Below are positions 9,496 to 17,033 of a stretch of 20,000 nt of DNA, one piece after another. The DNA comes from an uncultured virus (IMG/VR IMGVR_UViG_3300044712_002681). Lineage: Duplodnaviria; Heunggongvirae; Uroviricota; Caudoviricetes. The position numbers and the translations under genes are program-made. The stretch spans positions 51,157-71,156 of the IMG/VR virus record IMGVR_UViG_3300044712_002681. One strand, given 5' to 3'. Numbering within the stretch: position 1 is the first letter of the stretch; each line of letters opens with the position of its first letter. The notes beneath the pieces are model-generated. The model searched no databases, had not been told where the DNA came from, and saw nothing but the letters and a program-made list of their open reading frames with translations.

Positions 9496-9792
9496 ATGTC
9501 AAAAATAAAAAAAGTTGAATATATTGAAGATGGTAAACTATATAAAACCCAATTTTTATATTGGTGTTTAGGTTGTGGATATGAACATGCATTTTCATTA
9601 AAAGAAAATGGTGGTTATCATATATTTAATATGGATTTAGAAAATCCTACAGTTTCACCGTCATTATTACAAAATTTTGTGCCAGGTAAATTATGTCATT
9701 CATTTATTATAGATGGAAAAATTCAATATTTAAATGATTGTGATCATAAATTAGCAGGTCAAATTATTGATATTCCAGAATATCCAATATAA
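9496..9792 (+). CDS. Cys/His metal-binding protein (DUF6527-like)
   Basis: WCLGCGYEH, FNMDLENPTVSPSLL, CHSFIIDGKIQYLNDCDHKLAGQ match a conserved small family recalled as DUF6527. Confidence 0.65.
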   Translation: MSKIKKVEYIEDGKLYKTQFLYWCLGCGYEHAFSLKENGGYHIFNMDLENPTVSPSLLQNFVPGKLCHSFIIDGKIQYLNDCDHKLAGQIIDIPEYPI

Positions 9793-9801
9793 AATGATTA
9801 T

Positions 9802-10626
9802 ATGATTACACAATTTAAAATTTTTGAATCTGAAAATGAAATAACTGTGCCAGATGTTGCTTGGTTATATTTTTTACATTATTGTTATAAAGGTAAAATG
9901 AAAGTGGATGTATGGAAAACTGACACAAGAATGGATGGAATTTCTTGTCAAGAAGCTTTAAGTAAATTTGATTGTGTTAAAATAATAGATGGTAATTTTA
10001 TATCAACAAAAGACTGCGAAAAAATAATTGACAAGTATTTTGGATCTAAAACCTTTGATGAAGCAGTAAAATCACAAAAAAAATTAGAAAAATATGATAC
10101 ACCAACCACTACTTATGTTAACGTATTTGATCGTAAATATCCAATAAGTAAAATTGCATATGAATTATTTATTAAATTTAAAAATCCAAATATTGACAAG
10201 GCTTTTGATAAAATACGAGAAATGATAATAATTCATTTTAATTCACAGCGTTCGTTGAAAAATATTTTAGAAAAAATGTCAAAAATGAGACATATTGATA
10301 AATGGAATTATAAAACTGCATATAAAATGTTTGATGGAAATATTCCAGAAAAAATTATAATTTATAGGGGATTAAAAAATGATTATAATCCAAATTATAA
10401 TTTAGAATATTCGTGTTGGACTACATCAATAAAGGAAGGTGAAAGATTTGCAAAATATTTATTTTCTGGTGGACGACAATTTAAGCCAAAATATTCAGAT
10501 GATCCTACAATGTTAGTTGCGGAAGTAAATCTTGATGATATTGCAATATTTATTGGTGGGGATGAATCTGAAGTTATAATGAAAGGTGATGTTGAAATTA
10601 AAGAAATTATAAAAATAACAATATGA
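9802..10626 (+). CDS. Putative ADP-ribosyltransferase (R-S-E type) with N-terminal tag MITQFKIFE
   Basis: IIIYRGL, YSCWTTS...ERFA, DESEVIM in correct order and spacing in the C-terminal ~90 aa. Confidence 0.7.
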   Translation: MITQFKIFESENEITVPDVAWLYFLHYCYKGKMKVDVWKTDTRMDGISCQEALSKFDCVKIIDGNFISTKDCEKIIDKYFGSKTFDEAVKSQKKLEKYDTPTTTYVNVFDRKYPISKIAYELFIKFKNPNIDKAFDKIREMIIIHFNSQRSLKNILEKMSKMRHIDKWNYKTAYKMFDGNIPEKIIIYRGLKNDYNPNYNLEYSCWTTSIKEGERFAKYLFSGGRQFKPKYSDDPTMLVAEVNLDDIAIFIGGDESEVIMKGDVEIKEIIKITI

Positions 10627-11135
10627 AATATTTAAAATATTTTGAAAATGAATTAATTTATAAAACCCATCGTGGTGAAATATATAAACACGATGATAAA
10701 ATATTGAAAATTACAAAGGATGTTATTGAATATAATAATGCATTAATTTTGATTAATAATCCTTCTAAATATTTTATTAAATATTATTCAGCTAAAAAAA
10801 TATCAGATGATAAATTCGAATTAATAATGGAAAAAATAATACCATTAAATGATGATGAATCTGATATGGTTGATTTAATTCAAAATACATTAGGTATTGA
10901 AGAATATATGTTAGATGATAATAAAAGATATAATTTTATTAAAGAATTAAAAAATAATCCCGAATATTATGAAGATTTTTGTTCATTTAATGAAATAATA
11001 AATATGATTAATTTATTAAAAAAAATGTATATAGAAGCTAAATATAGAAATATTAAATTGTATGATTTAAGAAGTTCAAATATAGGTAAAACTATTGATA
11101 ATAATATAGTACATTTTGATTTGGGTGCAGGTTAA
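10623..11135 (+). CDS. Minimal protein-kinase-like protein with N-terminal tag MKYLKYFE
   Basis: GEIY, ILKIT (beta3 Lys), following Glu, LIMEKI hinge, YDLRSSNIG catalytic loop, VHFDLG (DFG-like). Confidence 0.7.
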   Translation: MKYLKYFENELIYKTHRGEIYKHDDKILKITKDVIEYNNALILINNPSKYFIKYYSAKKISDDKFELIMEKIIPLNDDESDMVDLIQNTLGIEEYMLDDNKRYNFIKELKNNPEYYEDFCSFNEIINMINLLKKMYIEAKYRNIKLYDLRSSNIGKTIDNNIVHFDLGAG

Positions 11136-11149
11136 AAAAAATAATAAAA

Positions 11150-12058
11150 ATGAAATATTTAAAATATTTTGAAAGTAAACAACGTGGTAATCTTTATCAT
11201 ATATTCGATTTAAAAAAATGTCATCACATTTTAAAAACAAATACAATTGAATCATATAAGTTTACAAATATATCAACAACTAGAAATAAAATGATGAATG
11301 GTTATCTTGGTGATTCCCCTATATCAATATTTAAATTAGAATTAGATGGTGATAAATTAAGCAATAAATATAAAATAAAGCCAATTACGTATCCATCAAC
11401 AGAAATTGGTATTGGTGGTGAAAGAAGACCTATTCGTTTAGAAGAATTTGAAGAAGTTATTTTAACTGATCAGATAAAAAATATAAATCAATATGTTAAA
11501 AAATTTATAATAATTAAATCACGGGTTGAAAGAATGATAGATTCCGGGTGGTTTGATAGTGATGGTGGATATTTTGATGATGAAGATTCAAAAAGAATTA
11601 CATTACCTGAATTTTTAAAGAAAAATATAGCAAAAATAAAAGAATTATTTGGTGATATTTATATTCAGGATGACACAAGAATAATTAAAGATGATCAATG
11701 GTTAGAAAATATTATAAATCATCCAATTAAGCAAATAAATCATGGGTATTGTTTATATTGGAGAGGATATAAAAAATCACCAAATTTCAATCGTGGTGTT
11801 ATTGATGATGTTCAACCATTCGATAAAAGAAATAAAAAAATTGATAAATTGGTCATTGGATGGGATTATAATAATCTATATTTAAGTAAAAATAATAAAT
11901 TTGATAATTTGCCAAAAGCTCGAGATAATTATAATTTGTATTCATTTGATTTTGAATACGAACCAGTTGATATTATTAGTGAAACAGTTGATAGTGTTCA
12001 TATAAAAAAAGGGTATTTGGGTAATATTGATTTGATTATAAAAAAGAAAATATTTTAA
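11150..12058 (+). CDS. Putative ADP-ribosyltransferase-fold protein with N-terminal tag MKYLKYFE
   Basis: LYHIF, ISTTRN, FKLELDG, EEFEEVI: H-S/T-ExE arrangement reminiscent of the ART fold; C-terminal half unassigned. Confidence 0.5.
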   Translation: MKYLKYFESKQRGNLYHIFDLKKCHHILKTNTIESYKFTNISTTRNKMMNGYLGDSPISIFKLELDGDKLSNKYKIKPITYPSTEIGIGGERRPIRLEEFEEVILTDQIKNINQYVKKFIIIKSRVERMIDSGWFDSDGGYFDDEDSKRITLPEFLKKNIAKIKELFGDIYIQDDTRIIKDDQWLENIINHPIKQINHGYCLYWRGYKKSPNFNRGVIDDVQPFDKRNKKIDKLVIGWDYNNLYLSKNNKFDNLPKARDNYNLYSFDFEYEPVDIISETVDSVHIKKGYLGNIDLIIKKKIF

Positions 12059-12222
12059 TGAACATATGAAATTTTTGATGAATTTATGGTATTACCTACA
12101 AAAACAGATTCAACTATAAAAATTAACGTTGGTGATTATGTATTTGTTAAAAAAAAATTGAAGATTTAAAATTGAAAATAAAAGCATATAAATATTATAA
12201 TCAATTAAAACTTTTTCAATAA
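12058..12222 (+). pseudogene. Degraded member of the tagged AKKYN family
   Basis: ATG-A-ACA TAT GAA ATT TTT (TYEIF), then INVGDYVFV, a frameshift at the A9 run (12149-12157), then IEDLKLKIKAYKYYN; compare LENLKIKIKAKKYNIL of 3586..3900. Confidence 0.55.
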
Positions 12223-12254
12223 ATCGGAATATATTAAATAAAAAATATATTACG

Positions 12255-12521
12255 GTGGAAATTAATCTTAAAGATAATATTTATTTTAAAACATATGAAA
12301 ATAAACTTAAATTAAGTGAAGAAATTGTTGAATTTATATTGTCGGATAAAATAGATAAAGTTTTATTTAAAGGTGATCCTAATATCATAAATTATAAATT
12401 AATAAAAAAAATACTTCCACTTACAGAATTAAACAACACTCCTGAATTAGTTAGAAAAAAATATCAAAATATTTTAGAATTGTGTGATAATTCACAATAT
12501 TGTATAATTTATAGAAAATAA
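12255..12521 (+). CDS. Hypothetical protein
   Basis: 88-aa ORF, GTG start, coupled to downstream genes. Confidence 0.6.
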   Translation: MEINLKDNIYFKTYENKLKLSEEIVEFILSDKIDKVLFKGDPNIINYKLIKKILPLTELNNTPELVRKKYQNILELCDNSQYCIIYRK

Positions 12522-12522
12522 C

Positions 12523-12861
12523 ATGATAAATATTAGAAATAATCAAACATTTGAAAAAACAATTGATATTGATATCAATGAAAATGTTACTATAACATTG
12601 AGAGATGACGAATATAATGATCTTATTGAAAAACTTGAATTATCAATGTTAGAAAAAATAAAATATTTAGATTTATATTTTAATAAAATAGAAAAAAAAG
12701 AAATAGAATGTCATAATTTTATAAAAGATATTTTTAATATTTTTTATGATTCATATGATAGAGATAGTGAAATTGTTTTTAAAAAAACATTATCTGAAAT
12801 TAATGAAGATGAATTATTTAATGTATTAAAAAAGTATAAAAAATTATTAGGGTTAGAATGA
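12523..12861 (+). CDS. Hypothetical protein
   Basis: 112-aa acidic, helical-looking ORF. Confidence 0.7.
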   Translation: MINIRNNQTFEKTIDIDINENVTITLRDDEYNDLIEKLELSMLEKIKYLDLYFNKIEKKEIECHNFIKDIFNIFYDSYDRDSEIVFKKTLSEINEDELFNVLKKYKKLLGLE

Positions 12862-13058
12862 CAGAAGAATTGGATAATTGGAAAAATGTTAAATATAGAA
12901 TGATAGAAGAAGGGTTTGATTATTGTTTTAATGGTTATAGTCGTTGGGATGAAATTGAAGATGAACAATTTCATTATTTAATTGACCAATATTTAAATAT
13001 ATCTAAAAAAATAAAAGAATTAGTAGATAATAGAATAGAAAAATTATCAATATTGTGA
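12858..13058 (+). CDS. Small hypothetical protein
   Basis: 66-aa ORF with ATGA overlap; IEEGFDYCFNGYSRWDEIED core. Confidence 0.7.
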   Translation: MTEELDNWKNVKYRMIEEGFDYCFNGYSRWDEIEDEQFHYLIDQYLNISKKIKELVDNRIEKLSIL

Positions 13059-13059
13059 T

Positions 13060-13395
13060 TTATTCTGATTCTTTTTGTGATTTTTTAATTTTTTTCAATT
13101 TTATTTTTCGTACTTCTCTAAGTATAGCTTTTTCCCAATCATCTTTTTTTTCAAAAAGTTTTCCTTTATAATAATATTTGTCAAGATCAGGATTTTCATA
13201 ATCTATTGCTGGACCATTTAATCTGTGATAAATCCCCATTTTCTTATATTCAGTTCTGTCTTTATATTTTATAATATTATTAGTTATATTATTGGTTAAC
13301 CAGGAATCAACATTAACTTTATTTTTATAAAAATCTATTAATTTTTCAGTTTTTTCTATATCCTTCTTAGAATTAATTTCATCAAATTCATCCAT
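13060..13395 (-). CDS. Hypothetical protein with one HRxxGPA repeat unit
   Basis: YHRLNGPAIDY...KYYYKGK, a motif common in phage and giant-virus proteins; basic RKIKLKKI tail. Confidence 0.7.
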   Translation of the reverse strand: MDEFDEINSKKDIEKTEKLIDFYKNKVNVDSWLTNNITNNIIKYKDRTEYKKMGIYHRLNGPAIDYENPDLDKYYYKGKLFEKKDDWEKAILREVRKIKLKKIKKSQKESE

Positions 13396-13414
13396 ATTAT
13401 ATATTTCCTTTTTA

Positions 13415-13450
13415 TTTTTTTAATATATAAAGATAAATAGAAAAAGTTGA
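13415..13450. promoter_or_regulatory. TAATATATA putative promoter between divergent genes
   Basis: TTTTTTTAATATATA ending 13429, ~25 nt before ATG 13454. Confidence 0.45.
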
Positions 13451-13453
13451 TAC

Positions 13454-15886
13454 ATGCAAAAAAATAAATGGAATAGAAAAGTTGATTGGATTAAAAGTGG
13501 ATCAACTTATATTCAACAAAGTCGAACTGAATTATATGATGAAAATAAGGTTATTGCTGTTGGTGATATTTATTTTAGGTTAAATAAGTATTTAACTGGT
13601 GTCACTTTCACATATATTAATAGTTTAAATAACATATATAAAAAAGACTTATTAACAGGTGATGGATATTCTATTGTTAATATGTATAATGAATATGATG
13701 TTATTGATAGGGCAATGAAGAATATTATTCAAGTTGATATTGCAGCAGATACAAATATTGATTTAGATTTACAATGGTTTGAAATAAATGGTGTTAAACT
13801 TAAACCTGGACATTTAGTTTTATTAAAAAATCAAAATTCTGAATTTCAAAATGATATTTATTATGTAAGTGATCAATATTTTTTAGAAATTACAGATTAT
13901 TTATCAACTCGTGAAAAATCGGATAAATTTAGTTGTAGTATAAAATTAGGTAAAAATTTTGATAAACAATTTTTCTTGGTTAATAATGGATTTGAATTTC
14001 CAATACAACATGAACCTAAACATTTTATTGAAGGTAAATCATTTATACTTAAAAATATAATTAAATATGATGGGTTATATAATACCCGAACAGATTCTGA
14101 AGGAACATCAAAAATGATTTTCACTGATGTTGATTTGGCAAGAAAACAAATATTTGATAATGTAGATAAATATTCAGATATTATTTTAACAGGAATAACA
14201 GCTATAAGTGTCCCAGATAATTATTTAACAATAAATTATCATTATGATTCATATACCATTAGGTCAGGTATAACAGAAGAAATGTTTTATACTGGAATAA
14301 CATCTGATATTAAAAATGATATTGTAAAAGGTTTCACAACAATTTATATTCCATCAACATTTAATTGTCAAACGGATGATTATATTAATTTAAAAATATA
14401 TAGTGGATCAACCATTACTTTAGATTTAAATAGTTTTATTAAAGATAATTTAACATCATATGTAGTTTTAGAAGAAACGATTCCAAATAATATTATAACT
14501 AATTTACAAAATTGTACATATATAATTAGTAATTATAATGTTGCATATAATTGGTATGATGCTTTAGAAAAAGCAAATTTTTCACCATATTCTAATTTTT
14601 TCACCCTTACTGCATATACATATAATGTAGATATTACAGATTTTATAAATATTCAAATTTTTCCAAAAGAATATGAATATGATAAATATTTTGATTATAA
14701 TGGATTAAGTTTTGATTTTACAGATTCAATTGATCCATATTTTCATTCATTTTTTTACACAAGTAATCAATATATTAAATATGATTTATATGATAAGTTA
14801 TATCAAATAAATAATACAGGATTTACTGCAAATTTTTCTATATTTAATGAAAATATATTAAGTGGTTTTACATATAGATATACTGATGATAGTAGAATTA
14901 GAATTACAACATCAATATCGGGTATAACTAACAATTTTAAACCATATACTTATGTGTATGCATCTGCGGATGGTCAAATAACACAAAAAACTTTAGTGTA
15001 TGATGTTAATGATTATGAAATAATTATATCAAGACCAAAAATATGGACACAATATCCAACACAAACGCAATTACCATCATTAACATCAGTACAAAATATA
15101 GATGGTTTAAAAAATATATCAGATATTTTATATGAAGTATATTTAAATGATGATTTATATTCAAATGAAAAAAAATATATTGCGAAATCTTACGCAGAAT
15201 TGTTAACAAGTAATAGTTTTTTTAGATTGAATGTAACTGGTATTCTTTATGAAAATAATAATAATGAATATATTTTAAAATTATATGATTTGGGAAAAGA
15301 ACTTGGTGGTAATGATCAATATTTACATTTTGTTTCCAATGAGTTAATTTATGTTGGTAGTGATAGAATAACAAGATTACCTGTATCATTAAAAACATTA
15401 TCTGGTTATACTTATACATCAAGTATAATGACAGGAACAACAATTATATATGATTTTAATACACTTAATTGGAATGTTTTAAATGGTGGGGAAGATGATA
15501 TTTCATATTCACCTATATGTGATTCTGGAAATAATCTTATTTTATCACCAATTAGTGTTGTGCCACTTGTATATAATGTTATAAATGGTGGTATTGATTC
15601 AACTTACGGTTCAATTACAACGACAACGACAACAACTGTTTTACCGACAACGACAACGACAACAACTGTTTTACCGACAACGACAACGACAACAACTGTT
15701 TTACCGACAACGACAACGACAACAACAACATTAATGCCAACAACGACATTAATGCCAACAACAACATTAATGCCAACAACGACATTAATGCCAACAACAA
15801 CATTAATGCCAACAACGACATTAATGCCAACAACGACATTAATGCCAACAGTATTCGAAATATTTGGACAATTATATCAGATTTAA
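13454..15886 (+). CDS. Putative virion structural protein with Thr/Pro-rich C-terminal tail
   Basis: 810 aa; INGVKLKPGHLVLLKNQNSEFQNDIY resembles the IDGV.L..GDRVLVKNQ...NGIY motif of phage tail/fibre proteins; 11 [ST]GxT motifs. Confidence 0.65.
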   Translation: MQKNKWNRKVDWIKSGSTYIQQSRTELYDENKVIAVGDIYFRLNKYLTGVTFTYINSLNNIYKKDLLTGDGYSIVNMYNEYDVIDRAMKNIIQVDIAADTNIDLDLQWFEINGVKLKPGHLVLLKNQNSEFQNDIYYVSDQYFLEITDYLSTREKSDKFSCSIKLGKNFDKQFFLVNNGFEFPIQHEPKHFIEGKSFILKNIIKYDGLYNTRTDSEGTSKMIFTDVDLARKQIFDNVDKYSDIILTGITAISVPDNYLTINYHYDSYTIRSGITEEMFYTGITSDIKNDIVKGFTTIYIPSTFNCQTDDYINLKIYSGSTITLDLNSFIKDNLTSYVVLEETIPNNIITNLQNCTYIISNYNVAYNWYDALEKANFSPYSNFFTLTAYTYNVDITDFINIQIFPKEYEYDKYFDYNGLSFDFTDSIDPYFHSFFYTSNQYIKYDLYDKLYQINNTGFTANFSIFNENILSGFTYRYTDDSRIRITTSISGITNNFKPYTYVYASADGQITQKTLVYDVNDYEIIISRPKIWTQYPTQTQLPSLTSVQNIDGLKNISDILYEVYLNDDLYSNEKKYIAKSYAELLTSNSFFRLNVTGILYENNNNEYILKLYDLGKELGGNDQYLHFVSNELIYVGSDRITRLPVSLKTLSGYTYTSSIMTGTTIIYDFNTLNWNVLNGGEDDISYSPICDSGNNLILSPISVVPLVYNVINGGIDSTYGSITTTTTTTVLPTTTTTTTVLPTTTTTTTVLPTTTTTTTTLMPTTTLMPTTTLMPTTTLMPTTTLMPTTTLMPTTTLMPTVFEIFGQLYQI
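15617..15850 (+). repeat. Coding tandem repeats: 30-bp x3 (TTTTTTTVLP) then 18-bp x~7 (LMPTTT)
   Basis: acaacgacaacgacaacaactgttttaccg and ttaatgccaacaac(g/a)aca units read directly. Confidence 0.95.
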
Positions 15887-15935
15887 TATTTTTTAAAAAT
15901 ATAAAATCTATATATATAATAAAATAATAAAATCA

Positions 15936-16514
15936 ATGGCTAGAATTGATGCGAATGCTAGAATAATAATAAAACAAAGTACAGTTTCGGGTGAAACTGC
16001 ATCTCTTGCACCATTAAGTGTTAATGGTACATATGATCATACATTGTTACCATCTTGGAATCCAAGTGATATATATATTGGTGAATTTTTTATGAATGAA
16101 CCTGATGAAAAATTGTGGATCCGATTAAATAGTACAACTATTAAAAGAATTTTATTAGAAGGTGATGTCGTATCAAGTTCCGGTGGAACACCTGGCACAT
16201 CAGGTACATCAGGCACATCTGGGATTAATGGTACATCAGGCACATCTGGGATTAATGGTACAATAACAGGTGTTACAATACATAATGATTTTTATTATAA
16301 TTCAGGGAATACAACATTATATGTTCCAAAAATAGTAACATCTGAAATGTTTTTAACAGGTTTAACATCATCTGGATTAACTAATTATTTAGTTTCTGAT
16401 AATAATGGTAAATTATTTAAAACTAATGTAAATGTAAATACGACTGATGTTATTATTGGTGCAGTAACATTACATTTTGTAAACGGTTTATTTACAGGGT
16501 GTGATGGATGTTAA
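15936..16514 (+). CDS. Putative virion/fibre-associated protein with short Gly-X-Y stretch
   Basis: IGEFFMNEPDEKLWI resembles the GE..N..D.KL motif of fibre N-termini; [16 protein letters not shown] repeat; ends LHFVNGLFTG. Confidence 0.6.
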   Translation: MARIDANARIIIKQSTVSGETASLAPLSVNGTYDHTLLPSWNPSDIYIGEFFMNEPDEKLWIRLNSTTIKRILLEGDVVSSSGGTPGTSGTSGTSGINGTSGTSGINGTITGVTIHNDFYYNSGNTTLYVPKIVTSEMFLTGLTSSGLTNYLVSDNNGKLFKTNVNVNTTDVIIGAVTLHFVNGLFTGCDGC

Positions 16515-16528
16515 AAAAATTATAAATT

Positions 16529-17017
16529 ATGAAATATATTTGCTTCGACAAAGATACCGAAAAAATTTTATGTAATGAAAATGATTTAATTTATATTAAA
16601 TCCTTACCACCAACAACTACAACTACAACAACCATTCCAATGATTGCTATTTATTATGGTGATAGTTCAAAAACAAGGATAGTAGAAGCTGATATTTTAT
16701 CTACATTTTTTACAGCATCTGGTTATGTTGGTAATTTAAGTGGTCGTTCTTATAATTTTTCAACAGGATACACATATAAATATTGGTGTATTCCTTGGGG
16801 TTATAATAATCCTGAACGTGTTATAAATTATATAACAAATAATTCGACAATTACAATTTTAGCATATGATTCATATTATAGATATTATCAAGTTGATCCT
16901 ACACCAATACAATCTATAACATATGGCATAATAGAAATAAATAATATTTGGTATAGAATATATAGAACATTAACAAAAAATTCAACAAATATTGAATATT
17001 ATGTTTATTCGTTTTAA
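16529..17017 (+). CDS. Putative virion protein with PPTTTTTTIP linker
   Basis: 162 aa, Tyr/Thr-rich, in operon with fibre-like genes. Confidence 0.6.
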   Translation: MKYICFDKDTEKILCNENDLIYIKSLPPTTTTTTTIPMIAIYYGDSSKTRIVEADILSTFFTASGYVGNLSGRSYNFSTGYTYKYWCIPWGYNNPERVINYITNNSTITILAYDSYYRYYQVDPTPIQSITYGIIEINNIWYRIYRTLTKNSTNIEYYVYSF

Positions 17018-17033
17018 AAAATAAATTATAATA

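Noticed and set aside
12255..12861. Tag-like FKTYEN and QTFEK near the N-termini of two ORFs
   Set aside because: Spacing and residues do not fit the consensus well; plausible by chance in AT-rich genes.
15615..16243. Minus-strand ORFs 15615..15848 and 16037..16243
   Set aside because: Antisense shadows of the Thr-rich and GTS repeats.
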